From Amoebidium appalachense (Eukaryota; Protista; Ichthyosporea), in NCBI GenBank assembly GCA_963693365.1, contig CAVNZM010000002.1, positions 11,588,328 through 11,652,327 on the forward strand: 64,000 nt of DNA. Reading direction: 5' to 3'. Under the pieces are notes generated by a model. It was not told where the DNA came from. It ran no database searches and was given only the letters and a program-made list of their open reading frames with translations. The translations under genes and the position numbers were made by a program. Shown here in pieces: positions 25,522 through 39,201 of the stretch. Numbering within the stretch: position 1 is the stretch's first letter; the number at the start of each line of letters is the position of its first letter.

Positions 25522-26711
25522 TCTCAAGGTTTAGATGTTGCTTTAGTTGCTTTGTTCTAACAAAACGCTTTCTGCGCTTGAAGAAAAGTGGTAAGATTTG
25601 CTGGTTATATATTCTCGAGGGTGATGTGGAATGTGGTGATCTTGAGATGGAACGTACAGTTTACCATATTGCCAATCAAAAGGGCTTTTGTCGAGGCTCT
25701 TTTGGTCATCAGACGGTTTGTGGAATGCATTGCATTCCAGGAATAGTTTAGGAACACCTTGTCAAGTTACCAATTTGACCCGGAGCGGGTAAGGATCAGA
25801 TATCGTAGGCGAGCTTATATCAGCAATGTAAACAGTTTTCTGTGTATATTTTGAAAAAAATTTACATTGAGCAACAAAAGGAGCGTTACAGGTGTGAATC
25901 GAATCCTCTGCTTGGCCCATGACGCCATGCCAGCCACCGCCTGATTAGGCTTTTTATCACTGGAATGTGTGGGCATCTTGTACGGCGGAATGAATCCTAC
26001 TGATATTACTGATATCCCATGTCGATGATTCCATTGCTACTTTTACTATTTTTTTTATAGGCTACATGCTAAAGGCGCTAATATTCAGTATGGTGGTATG
26101 AGATTTTTTTTAAAGTAATAGCTAAGGGGCACCACACTCATGATGTCTCATCACTCTGTCGTATGCAGATGATAAGCGTGAGCTGAGTCAACGTTGCGTT
26201 TCTGGTAATCTACAGATGATCACATGGGACGCGTGTTCGGGCTTACGATGATGGTGGTTCATGAAGGCAGGGCAATGCCAGGTGTGAAAAAACCTCCTTC
26301 TTCAAGGTATACATAGTCAAAATGATGATATATAGCGAATACTTGTGATGGTCACGATAACTTTTATATAATATGTATGTATGTATACGTATGGAGGAAG
26401 TCGCACACGTGCACTTCGTAATCTTCGAAGCTTTGTAGTCATGGATCGTCTCGGAAGGAATTTTCGCGTCCCTATGGCATGCCCCAGCTACATCACATGA
26501 AGGAATATCCGCCTTATAATAATATCACACTGTAACTACCTTTGGCTATGTGTGCACACAGTGGTATTTAAATAAGATAGCAGACGAATGCGGGGCTCGA
26601 GTCCCGTCATGCAAACAACTGCAACACTTGAGGAAGGATGAAGCTGTGTGCGTACTGCACGAGGCGAGAGAGAGCAGGGGGTCAGAGGCTGAGAGGGGAT
26701 TCGAAGGGGGA

Positions 26712-26743
<32 letters not shown>

Positions 26744-26768
26744 TACGAAAGAGATGTTTAAGAGAGCT

Positions 26769-26924
<156 letters not shown>

Positions 26925-27049
26925 AGCTACAGAGAGAAAAAGAGGGGGGGGCGGGCACTCCTGAGAGAGAGAGAGAAACAGGGATAGAGAAAGAGAGAGG
27001 GGGGGGGGGGGGGGGGGAGATAGAGGGGGGGGGGGGATAGTGAAAGAGA

Positions 27050-27400
27050 GCACACTTAGTTAGTATATGATAATATAATAAGATTATAAATGTCACACTG
27101 CCGTAGTTGTAGCTTTCATTAACACTACATGTAGTACTGACTTAGTCTACTAAGACTACGTGATATAGTACCGGTAATCCGAGTCACTAGCACTACACAT
27201 AGTATATGCAAACGTTGGAACATGATATAGTACTAATCACGATTGCTACAAAAATAGTACCGGTAATTCGAATTACTAACACTGCACATATATTTGCAAA
27301 CGTAAACCAAGCCTAAAGTACTAAATACTAACACTACACATAATGTGATGTTAACACTACCTACAGCATATGCAAGCACTAAAGCTACCTCATAATATTT
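27050..27400. repeat. Degenerate AT-rich minisatellite (ACTAACACTACACAT/TAGTA-like units)
   Basis: Recurrent AACACTACA(C)AT and TAGTAC words. Copy A has only a short equivalent (~19210-19270). Confidence 0.5.
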
Positions 27401-28086
27401 GCTAGCAGGAATGGCAACAAATGGGTATACGGCCAGCCTCTGAGAACAATCTCTATTAACGCTAGCCATACGAACTGTGTAATCTTCAGTGAAAAGAACA
27501 GATTTTTCGAAAAATCATGCACGGATCCCCCCCCCCCCCCCCCCCCCCACACACACACACGCCACCACCACTACCTCCGCCCACCACCACTCCCATTCTA
27601 ACACTCCCCCCCCCCCCCCCCCCCCTCCCTATCCTCCTCCCCCTTCCCCTCTCCCTCCCCCCCCCCCCCCGCCCTCCCCTTCGATTCCTTCCCCTCCTCC
27701 CCCCATCCTTTCCCAAGCGCCAGCACGTGCGTGCGTGCGTGCGTGCGTGCGTGCGTGTGTGCGTGCGTGCGTGCGTGCATATGCCGGTAGTGTATTCAGG
27801 TTGTTTTTGTTTGGCGTGCCATTGTGAGAGTTCGGGGCCCCTGGGGTGTGGTTGAGCAGGGGGGAAAGGGAAAGGTTGGGGGAGGGGGGGAAGGGAGGAG
27901 CAAGAGGAAGAAACAAAGGAGGTGAGATGCCATTGGTGTATTTGTGCATTCACATAGTACACTACCACGCATATTACTGAAGCAAACGTTGTTGTGGTTG
28001 TTGTATGATTGTTAGGGGAACGGGGGGGGGGAAAGAGGAAAAGTAGTTGACAAATTTGTGGGACCTCGACGGAGGGGGGTTGGGGG

Positions 28087-28123
<37 letters not shown>

Positions 28124-28935
28124 TGACTCTGACGGGAGTTGATAATGTGTAGTAGTGCCCGGAACATAAAAAAATCCTTCTGCTAATCGACCAAACACCG
28201 TTATAGCTTTACTTTTCAGAGGCGCTATATAAATATAATTAGATTGCATGAATCGGATATTTATTGTTTACATGGTGCCTATTAATCTTTTCCCAGCGAC
28301 TCATATAGACACCATGCAGAAACAGAATATAAGAATATAGTCTCACCCGGGTACAGCCTGAAATCAGCACTGGGCCAGGAAAAAACGAAAAAACCACAAT
28401 GTAGAGTATAGTTTTCAGAATACAGTAAGCAAAACATTGTGTTTAAGGGCCGTGAAAGCCGACATCAGATGGAGAAAACAGAAGCCACATTTCCACCGTA
28501 AACAACCGTTAAAAAGCATATTCTCAACCTAAACTAAGCTCCTTGCTGTAACCACTGCCCCTATTTGTGAAGAAAACACCAAAATCGATAAACAGTCATC
28601 ACAAAGACTTCTTTGCATTTATAACTAAGAAATATTGTGTATACATTATAACCGATTGATCTACTAGTAGCACCGTCGACGAATTTAACCGAGAGTGCGC
28701 CGGAAAAGGCAATCAATTCGCTGTCGAGTATATGAAAATAAGCAGTTCATCTATATACATATAGTCCGGCTATCACATGTTATATAAGGATACTATAATA
28801 ATATGGTAACTCCACTGAAGTTGTCCATCTATTGTAATATATTATATCCAGCAAGAAAAGAGGAAGGGAAGTGTTGTGAAGCACATGAAATTCACCTCAA
28901 AGGGTAGGGGGGGTTCATGGATAAGAACAAGAAAT

Positions 28936-29313
28936 TCAATTCTCCATCCATTCGCACTGAGCCGAATACGTCTCCACACATTGCACCTGCGCGCACCACT
29001 CATCCGTCACCCCCGAATTCTTTTTGGCCACGCACGTACGTGCAGGGGTGGGGTTCTTTGCGTCCAAATAGTAGCACACCCCCGGGTTGCATTTGTTGGA
29101 GACACACCAGGTGTCGGGGATGTGCGACACACGGGACTTGCAGTCGAAGGTGAGCGTTTCTGTGGGTGGGGGGGTGGGGGGAGGGGGAGGGGGGGGGGGG
29201 AGAGAGGGGAGGGGGGGGGGAAGGGTGGGAGAGGGGGGGGGGGGGGGGGTTAGAGGGATTGCATGTGTGTGCGCGGGATTGCCGCGCGTTCCTGTGTCCA
29301 TGTAATGATGTTT

Positions 29314-29344
<31 letters not shown>

Positions 29345-29697
29345 GGGAGGGGGGGGGGGGGGGGACAGCAACGTTTGGGAGAGAGGGGGGGGGGGGGTTT
29401 AGATAGGGAAGGGAGGGGCTTAGCAAACCCATTCACTATGAGTCGATGGGGAAGATGCAGCTAGCACAAATTTGGGTTACAGAGACCGTAAAAGCTCAAG
29501 GAGGCACAACACGAGGTGTGTGGTTGTGCATATACGTGTGTGGGGGGTTGGGAAGAGCAGAGGAGACCGTTTGGCACACACACTTACACGTGCACACACA
29601 TGCACAAGGGGGGGAGGGGGGAGGGGGGGAGGGGGAGGGGGTGTGTGCGTGAGCGTGTACGTGTGTGTGTGTGTGTGTGTGCGTTTTTTTTTGTTTG

Positions 29698-29749
<52 letters not shown>

Positions 29750-31262
29750 GGGCACATACCCACACGGCTGAAGCGCTTTCCATCAGCAGACACAGTGCGC
29801 ACATGCACTTGAGACGATGTGATTGGTGCACCAGTGCTAGGCACCGCATTCCAACGTTTCCCATTGGTCGAATACTGAACCTGGAGACCGGGAAGTTCGC
29901 TTGCAGCGTAAAGGACCCCGTCTTTCCCAGCCGCACCCGCTGGGGGCACACGGTATTGAATCCCCGCCGCATCCAATTTACGAAGCTCCTTCTTGGCAAG
30001 AACGTTGACAAACGACTGGTATTCAGCATCGAGGGCGGTTGTGTTCACAAATTCGGTCTTTGGGTGAGCGTCATCAGCCCCCCCCGCTGAAAATTCGCCC
30101 AGGTACGAATTCGAGTTCGTGCGAGGCGACGTGCCATGCGCGCTCCGCGAGGGCGAGCATGCGAGGGAAAAGCATGTACTCGAATTGTGATTGGGTACGG
30201 ACTGTCTCTGACCATATATGGCCCTGAAGCCCCTTAACCACGTGCGAGAGATCGGCAGTTCCTGATTGGAGGAAATACGGCGTGTTGTCGCGGCTCGTCG
30301 CGGTTTCGGCGTTCTGATACACGTTGACAGGAGCGAATGAAAACGTTCGCTTCAACCCGGTGCTCCGGCTTGCCCAATAGTATCCGCGCTCTGCAGTGTT
30401 AACCTCATACGGCATGTCAAAATACGTGAAATCGGGGTTCGCGGATACTGCGCTAATCCCGTTTTGGGCAAGAGTCTCAATCTTGGTGCCCCAGAATAGA
30501 GCGTCCCATACCATTCCGGTAGATCCGGCGAGATCGGCTGGACGATCCAGATCCGCAAAACCGTCTGACCACGCCTGGAGCGAGTAGTTGTGTTTCTTGG
30601 CAAGGTCGCGTACCATTCGTGCAAAATCACTCATGATCTTCACCGATGGGTGGACGACATTGTTCGCCTTGCACACGGGCGCTTTGATTGGCTCAGCAGC
30701 CGGGAGTGAATAGCCATATTTGGATGCGCACATGGGCGAATTTCCGTACGGCGAGTGGATGTCCTTAGCGAAAGTTGGCGCCGTGGGGTTTTTGGGATCG
30801 CTCGCCACGTTCTTGATTGCCCAAATTGGGTAATCGCCAGATGGGGCGGAGCCGCCATCCACGCCGCCGCACTGATCCTTCCAATCGGGAACGACGCCCT
30901 TAATCGCATTTTTGGCCTCGTCAGCTCCATAGGACCAACTCTTAAGGGGGGCACCTGCGGCCGCGTGCATTTTTCCAAATTCGGTCATGATTTTGTCCAC
31001 AAACGATTGGACGCTGGGGCGGCATGGGTTGATGAGCGACTTGAAGTCGTAGTACTGGATGGTGGCCAGACGTGTCCTGTGGGGGGTTTTTTTTTTTTGG
31101 GGGGGGGGGGGGGGGGAGGGGGGGTAGGAGGGTAGGGGGGAGAGGCAGGATAAGCGGCAGGAGTGAGCCGGGCTGGGGGTGTGTGAGGGAGAGGGGGGGG
31201 GGGGGGGGGGGAAGGAGGGAGAGAGTACGAGATCGGGGAGGAAGGAGGGAGGGAGGGGAGCG

Positions 31263-31318
<56 letters not shown>

Positions 31319-31433
31319 AGGGGCAGAGAGAGAAGGGCAGTGGGGGAGAGAAGGAAGGGGGATGAGGATGGGGGTGAGGAGCGAACCTGTATGATTTTTG
31401 GGCTTGTTTTTTTTCTTTTCTTTCCTTTTTTTT

Positions 31434-31480
<47 letters not shown>

Positions 31481-34400
31481 CTCGAGGAGGAGGGAAGCAA
31501 GGGGCTTGGTAAAGGGAACCGGCTTGTGATTTTGTGTTTTTTTTTTGGTTTTTTTTATTGGGGGGGGGGGGGGGGGGGGGGGGAGGGTTGGTATGTGCAG
31601 TAATGGGCTTGGGGGCAAGGTGATAAAAAAAGGGAGTTTTGTAACTTCTGACCGGGCAAGGTTGGTATTGCAGACGACATATGGGATAAACGGCCACAGT
31701 GCAATCCTTCCGGGCCGAGGGAAGGAGGGGAAGGGAGGGGGAGAGGAAGGGGAGGGGTTGGGAGGGGAGGTGCGGGCAGGGGGTGTAGGAAGGGGTAGCC
31801 GGGAAAATGGGGGAGGAGGGGGAGGGTTGAGGGGAGGGAGGGGGTGGGGTGGGGGTGGGGTGGGGGGGAGGAGGGGGGATGTGGTAAATAGGGGGAGGAG
31901 GGGGAACGGGAGGCAGGGATAGGGGCAACATACGCGTCATCAGGGTCAATCAGGCGGTATGTTTCATCCCCACTGGTGTAGTAGCGTGCCTCCATGGCCA
32001 TGACGGCTGCACGTGCATGGGCCGGCATGTCTACCTCGGGAATAACTTCAATGTGACGGGCAGATGCATACGACACTATTTCCATGTAGTCCTGGGTGGA
32101 GAGAGGGGTGGGAGAGGGGGGGGTTGGGGTGTGGGAGGGGGAGGTTGGAGGCGGGGGGAGGGAGGGGGAGGGGATTAGGGAAGGAGTAGGCGAGGGTGGT
32201 GGTGGGGGAGGAAGGGGGAGGGTGGGTGGGGGGGGGGCTTTGTGGCTGGCGAGGTCGAATGGGGTAGAGAGGGGGGTGGAGGGGGAGGATGAGGGAAGGG
32301 GTGCGGGGGGAGGGGGGGGAGGGGGGGAGGGAGGAGGGGGGGAGGGGGGGGGGGGGGGGGGGGGGGGATGGTCAGGTCTTTAGGTCTGATGGTGGGACAC
32401 TGAAAATATAGGTGCTCTTAGCCTGTTGAATCGCATGCCTAGTCATTGGCTGAGCTTCACAGGAGTGCAATGCCAGAGAGAAGATGGCAGGGGGGGTGGG
32501 GCGGGGGTGGGGGGGGGGGGGGGAGGGGGGGGGAGGGGGAGGGGGGGAGGGGGGAGGGGGAGGGGGGGAGGGGGGGGGGGGGGCACGTTGGAAACGAGAT
32601 TCCTTTTTTCTTTAGCCCGAAGTTTAACAAAGAACCAAAAAAAACAGGGGGGGGGGGGTGGTGGGGGTGGGGGGGAAAAAAAGGACAAGGGAGGGAAAGT
32701 GGGTAGTGCCCAAAGGAAATATACGGCAGGAGTAGTGGTGGTGGTGGTATTTCCGTGCACGTACGGGTGTGTGGTGGTGGTGGTGACGGTAGAGAGTGTG
32801 AGCCGCAAGGAAAGGCGGGAAGGGGGGGCGAGGAGAGGAAGAGGGAGAGGTGTGTGTGTTGGGGGGGGGGGGGGGGGGGGGGGGGAGGGGGGGGGGGGGG
32901 GGGATGGGGGGGAGGGTGGGGGGGTAGAAAGAGCGACGAGGGGACTGGGGGGAGAGTCCATACCTGTTTGGTCAGGTACAGGGCCTTGTGTTCGTTGTTT
33001 GGCCCAGACCCCAGCTGGGGCAGCAGGCACTCCCTCTCGGTGACGTCATGGCACCTCCTTGCACCTACGCTGGTCAGCTCCGGCAGCCCGTCAATCTCAA
33101 CCCTCCACCCTTCATCATCAGAGACATGAAACAGGAATTTGTTCAGTTTGTACGCCGCCATCTGATCCAAAAGCTTAAGGATGGTCTCCTTTCCGTGGAA
33201 ATTACGCGCAATGTCTGCATGCTGGCCGCGGTAGCCAAAACGGGGCGTGTCCGCAATTTTAACCAAGGGAATCGATTGGCTGTTGACGGTGGTCAAGGCC
33301 GCGACGGTCTGCGCACCGTAGAAGGCACCGGCGGCGTCGTAGCCCTTAACCACAGCGCCGGAGGGGGTAACTTCGAGAGTATATCCTTCAGGTTTGTTGG
33401 CCGGGGCCGGGATGGTGTTGTCAATAGAGATAGTCACGGGATATGCGCCAATTTTCGGGGCAAACCCCAGCTGCCCAAGCCGATCGTTGATGACGGCAAC
33501 TGACTCGGCTGAAAGCCCTGATGCAGTGATCGATATGCCGTTGGATACATCGGCATGCCCGGGCAGAATTTCGGTCTGAAGCGGTGTTGGGATAACCTTT
33601 GCCGAGATATCCTCGGTGGTTTCGAGGTGGCTGTTGGTGACATATCTCACGGTTGGGGTCTGGTAGACGTTAAGGTCGTTGCCGCGGTTCTTTGCCTTTT
33701 CGGGCGGGATCGGATCGGCATAGGAGACCCAGTCTTCGGTGTTGGTGTTGGGGATGACCTTGGCCCCCATGGCTCCGTCAACCACATACCTACAGGGCGG
33801 AAGGTTCGGTGAGCCTCGAGAGACTTATTTGTTTTTGACCTACATAAACCTCATTTACTCTTTGACTTGTATTCATAGTTCGATTTGTATCTTTTTTCGT
33901 TGCATTTTTACTCCTATTGCAACAAGGAGCAGAGATTTGGGGAGTCACTGTGGCATGGAATGGTGATGTGTGGGGCTGCCTATTTTCGTTTTGTTTTTTT
34001 TTCCCCCTGTTTTTTTTTGTTTTTTGTTTTTTCTTTGGGGGGGGGGGGGGGGGGGGGGGGGGGATTAACAAAAGGGAGCTTTCAGCACTCACCAACGAGG
34101 CATGAAGTCAGTAGCAAAGACCTTCCAGTACTCCGTCTTGAGTTGGAAAGACACCGTGCCCTTGGCAGGGAAACCCTCAAAGTTTTCTGTGGGTGTGATC
34201 TTGTAGAGGTCCCCAGTCATCTGCTCGACGTTAAACCTGTTGTCAACGAGCTTGAGGACACGACGGGGAGTGCTGAAATACATCTCCCACGTTTTGCCGT
34301 TGTGCTCCGGGCCCATGTTTGAAACGGTGACGTTGAGGGTCGTGATAAAGCCCCAATCAGCACCGAGAGCGGACCATTCTGGCGGGATAGGCCACAGGGC

Positions 34401-34523
34401 TGCCTTGTTGTTTTCTTCGAGGGAAATGCGCACTTTGAGCTGGTCGGCAAGGTGGCGGGGGGGCGCGGCGTAGACGGCGGTGGCCGTGGCTAGCACAGCG
34501 AGTGCAACTCCAACAGGCTTCAT
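28936..34523 (-). CDS. Secreted GH20 beta-N-acetylhexosaminidase (chitobiase, Serratia/Vibrio ChB-type) with two C-terminal Cys-rich repeats, ~984 aa, 5 exons
   Basis: Exons 34523-34093, 33789-32964, 32091-31934, 31076-29760 and 29159-28936, all GT-AG and phase-consistent. Signal peptide; CHB_HEX N-domain (LGADW…MYFSTPR…TGDLYKITPT…EYW…DFMPRWY); PRFGYRGQHADIARNFH; KFLFHVSDDEGWRVEI; IPEVDMPAHA; catalytic GADE; YFDMPY; GLQGHIWSETVRT; FPRMLALAERAW. Requires removal of one C from the C8 run at 30078-30085. Confidence 0.92.
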
Positions 34524-34733
34524 GGTGGGTGTGGTCGGTGTCAAAGAAAAATCTCAGAAGTACGTGTAACGACGTTGGGAAATGTGCGTGTGACGGTATG
34601 TAAGGCACGCGTGTGGTGTGTCCTTCACGGTGACCGGAATCTCCAAGATTTCGGCCGGGGGTTTTGTTTGTTTGTTTACAACTATACCAAGAGTGGCAGT
34701 GGCGTTGTGTGGGTTTGTGTGGATGGAGGGCGA

Positions 34734-34775
34734 TTTTATAGAGCCTGCAAAAATTGCGGGTACACCATGACGTCA
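34734..34775 (-). promoter_or_regulatory. Candidate chitobiase core promoter: TATAAAA plus CRE palindrome TGACGTCA
   Basis: TATAAAA (minus strand) at 34734-34740 and TGACGTCA at 34768-34775, about 210-250 bp upstream of the ATG. Confidence 0.5.
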
Positions 34776-35759
34776 GTTGACCAAAGCGCTGGAATCCCGG
34801 ATCTGATTTGTTTTCGAATTGGTTCCGTAACGCTAATAAGATTGGTCTATCTATCTTCTAAGTGGAGAGCGAAGCAAAAGGTATCATAGTCGATCTCCTA
34901 TACATAGCCTCCGGAATTTACCCGTCGGTATAGAGTTCGTGACCAATGCCTTGTACATCATGTAAATGTTGTAGCCCAAAACATTGTCATAGATATTCAA
35001 TGATCTTTAAAATGCTACAAACAACTAAAATCAACAACAAATGACCGTGTGATTTTACCTCTTTCGGATGCCAACTGCTCGTCCCAAATGTATTTGTGAC
35101 ATACATATTCGTTGAGCATTGCTGCCAATCTTACAGATCTTTTTGCTCGTTTCAAAAATGTTATATGATTGGCTGACACATGATTCCTCTCTCAGATCGC
35201 CATCCTGCTGTCACCACATCAAGTCCCCAACGTTCTCGGCCCACAACTGGAGGTGATATTGACAGCAGACAGGCACTAGCTGCGCACACAAATGCACCGT
35301 AATTCACACTGTCGTTGTATTTGCTCCACTGCATTGAATACCTTGCGGTTCACCCTAATAATTATCTGTACTTGAGTTGACTTGCACACTTGCCACCTGC
35401 ACACGTACTGCACACTGCATGTTCATGCTGCCTGCCGGGCCACCCTATGCACGTGCACGTAGCACATGGAGGACGTGTACCGCGGTACAGCGCACATACG
35501 TGAGCTGAATGGCATCAAAAGGCAAAGGCGCATGCCAGCCTGCTTCGACTGTAAATGTAACACAGCTGTGCCACGGAATGTCACACTTTTCCCCCCCTTT
35601 TTTTTGCGTTCATGAAAACAGGTTCTCATCCTCCCGATACATGTACATATATATGCAACGAATGCATCTGATGCCATGTTTATTTCAACCACCCCAACCA
35701 TGGCCAATATGAACTGTACTAGTACCGGTGCATAGTATTCCATACCAGTACTGAACCGG

Positions 35760-35856
35760 TTTTTTATTTTATTTTATCACGTTTTGTTCCCGGAGGGCCC
35801 TCTAGGGAAACTACCGTCTACCACACAGCACCGACAGTACACTAGTTAAGGTGCTA
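35760..35856 (-). mobile_element. Dispersed ~95-bp repeat with (TAAAA)n tail, probable SINE/LINE 3' end, copy 1
   Basis: CGTTTTGTTCCC…AACTACCGTCTACCAC…GCACCGACAGTACACTAGTTAAGGTGC recurs at 60318-60421. Both copies abut a T-rich run, which is an A-rich tail on the minus strand. Confidence 0.55.
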
Positions 35857-36078
35857 TCTATTGCAGCTGATTCTAGATGCCTCGAGCTCCGGATCCCCAC
35901 ACGGTGCATGGCTATTATATGGAAGCTTCGAAGCACGTGGCGCCGCACAGTTAGTACTTGACACGATCACGCGTGCCCGCAAATGATAGTACACAAAACT
36001 GTGGAAACAGCCAAACTTGCCCGATATTGCAAATATATAAAATGATATCGACAATGCGGAGATAATCTTATTGGCTCC

Positions 36079-36147
<69 letters not shown>

Positions 36148-36845
36148 GAATGAATAAAAGAATAATAAATTCGCTTATTGGAGCCAGTTTTAGAGACTAC
36201 CTCGGCAAATCCGCCAAGCCCATGAATATCCCTGATGTTTTAGTTATAAAATGGACTGACAAGTTTTAGTACCCAAAAAACAAAAAAACAAAAAAATCAA
36301 CCCCCACACCCCCTTTTTTTCCTCGCCGGCGATTCGACGCTTTCGTGACTCTGTTATGTTTGAAAAGCACTGCCACGTTTTAAGATATTGTTTTTGTGAT
36401 ACGTTTAACGGTTGTGATCGGTCAGTAAACCACCGTAGACATAACCACCCACTATCACGTTACTAGACTCCGGCCAAGCGCTCATACTGCGTATATCTGC
36501 GCATGAAATTTCGTTGGTATCACCTGGTCCAAGCAAAAGATCGCATTCCTCCTGTACTGTATATCCCCAATTTTCATTGATATACTCGTGCCCTTTCCCC
36601 CTTGCCGCATGGCCGAAAATCTCAATCGGGGATATCTCTCCGGATCCTCAAGGGATTCGGGTTGTTTCGTGCCGATACCGAGGGAGCGTTTCTAGAGGAT
36701 TCCGTCGTGTTTTCATCCGTACGAGAGCCTAAAGTATGGTCAATATAACCGTTATGATCAAGTCCTATAAATGTTCCCTGATTTCGATCGCTCTGCGCGT
36801 TACCGTTTACACCCCCTCCGAAACAGACGTATCCATCGGGGTAGG

Positions 36846-37491
36846 TTATAGGATCCCCCTCTCCCTCTTGACAATATCATTGTTGCTACCATCGGAATTT
36901 ACCAAATTTCCACCGTCCTTCCCATATATGGCGACACCGTCACCGGGAAGCGCTGCCGACATCCTAAAAAGAACATTGCAGATCTTTTGGAAATCGGGCC
37001 GATCGTCTGGATCTTGCTCCCAGCAATGCCGCATCAAATCCCAAATTGGACCCGGGGACTGCTCGGGTCGGTTCACTCTTTGCCCTGTTATAGCAAAAGA
37101 ATAGTCGGTCAATGTGCATATTCTTTAGACATATACATTAGTCCCCCCCTCCCCCCCCCCCCCCCCTCCCTCCCTCCCCTCCCCCCTCACCCCCCCCCCT
37201 TCCCCCCCTCCCCCCCCCCCCCCCCCATCCCCCTATCCCGGTGACTCCCCCACCCACCTAACCACCATCCTCCACCCCTCCCCTGCCTGACCCCTCCAGC
37301 CCCATCCCCGCAGGTGAAACAGTAAACAGCACACTGTTGGATTATTCCAGAATTTTCATGAATATTATGTCGGAGTGCACACACATTTCACACAGACACG
37401 TCCTGCTTGATGTCGCACACAGAGTCTCAGATTTTTGTAATCTCCCCCCTCCCGCCCCCCCCCCTCCCCCCCCCCCCCCCCTCCCCCCCCC

Positions 37492-37525
<34 letters not shown>

Positions 37526-38356
37526 AATTACCCCTCCTAAACCCTCTACCACACCGCATCGACCAGCTAGGCCCGTCCATGCTGCCGAGGCTATCTTACT
37601 CCATTCACTCAGCCCCTCTCCCCCCGGCCCCCCCAGTCCCCCCCCCTCCCCCCACCCCCTTCCCAATCCCCCCCCACCACACACACACACACACACACAC
37701 TCCCCACCCTCCCCACCTGTCCCACTCCCCTTCCTCCCTCTCTCTCTCCCTCGCACTCTCTCTTTCTAGTCCCTCCTCTGTCCCCCCTCTCCCCACCCAC
37801 CCTCCCCCTCTCACTCCCCAAATCTCGGTCTATGTACGTATCATGTCTGTATGGACGAGATGGGAGGAGACAGAAGACTATTTCTTTCTTTTTCTTTTTT
37901 TTTTTTTTTTTTTTGGGGGGGGGGGTGGTGGTGGTGGTGGTGGTGGGGGGGGGGGGGGGGGGGGGGGGAGGGGGGGGGGGGGGGGGGCTGGGCTACAAAC
38001 CTCGAGGAACCATGCCTGCAATTTGATTTGGCATAAGCCCTTTATAAGGAGCCCCGCCGCATGAGTATATCTCCCACACCAAGATAGCATAGGCATAGAC
38101 GTCCGAATATTCAGGGTATATTCGTTTGGATATACTCTCCGGGGCCATTCTTTCGATGGGTAACTTGACGCGGTCGTTCTCAACATATGTTTTGGTGGTG
38201 GGGTTAACTTGACGGGCAAGCCCGAAATCGGCAATCTTTACCGTAGGTAAACTCAGCGCCGTGCTGGTACACTGTGTAGCACAAGTGTGGGTGTGTGTGT
38301 GTGTGTGTGTGTGGGTGTGTGGGTGTGTGGGTGGGTGGGTGCGTGTGTGTGTGTGT

Positions 38357-38412
<56 letters not shown>

Positions 38413-38526
38413 CGGGGGGAGGGGGGGTTCACGATTGTGCAAGAATGTGTGTACCACGACGAGCAAGTGTGGGTGATTTCTGGCAATCCTGCTAGTGGGT
38501 GGGTACGTGTGCATAATCCCAGCGTG

Positions 38527-38594
<68 letters not shown>

Positions 38595-39201
38595 TATGCG
38601 TGTGTATGTGCGTGTGTGTGTGCATGTGTCACAGTGTGTGCTTGCGTGCGTGCGAGCGTGACTAGTGCGTGGGTACGTGCTTGCGCGTGCGTTGTGTGTG
38701 CATGTGTGCATGCGTGCATGCACGTACGTGCGTGTGTGTGTGTGTGTGTGTGTGAGTGTTGGTGTGCAACCCTGAGTGTGTGTGTTTGTGTGTGTGTGTA
38801 ATGCCCAAGGGTGAGCGTTTGTGTTTGTGAGGAAACACGTTCACTTGCTTTTGTGTGCTCTGTGTGTGCATGTGTACCCGAGTGCATGTTTGTGTGAAAC
38901 TGTGTTGATGGTGTGCGTGTGTCTATCTTCACCTGCACACTGCACACCGAGACATATTCGTGTGTGGCAGTTTACATGTGGTTGGCTGCCACACCTTCTC
39001 CCTTAACCCAATCACTGAAACCACTAGCCGGAATCTTTCAGCTTGACAGATGTCCCCATCACCTAGGCCCAACCGTAACCCCCGCATGACCGTTATTTCA
39101 AAATAAAAACACGGGATTTCCCTACCTGGCCCCAGTGCACCAGGCAGTTCCTTGCAGCCAAGTCATGGTGCACCACCCCGGCCTGGCTTACAGCTTCCAT
39201 C
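36846..39201 (-). pseudogene. Protein tyrosine kinase C-lobe fragment, degenerate; no N-lobe found
   Basis: Exons 39201-39126 (MEAVSQAGVVHHDLAARNCLV), 38271-38001 (VKIADFGLAR…KLPIERMAPES…SDVYAYAILVWEIYSCGGAPY) and 37084-36846 (CWEQDPDDRPDF). DLAARN is tyrosine-kinase diagnostic. HRD reads HHD and KWMAPE reads ERMAPE. Confidence 0.8.
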
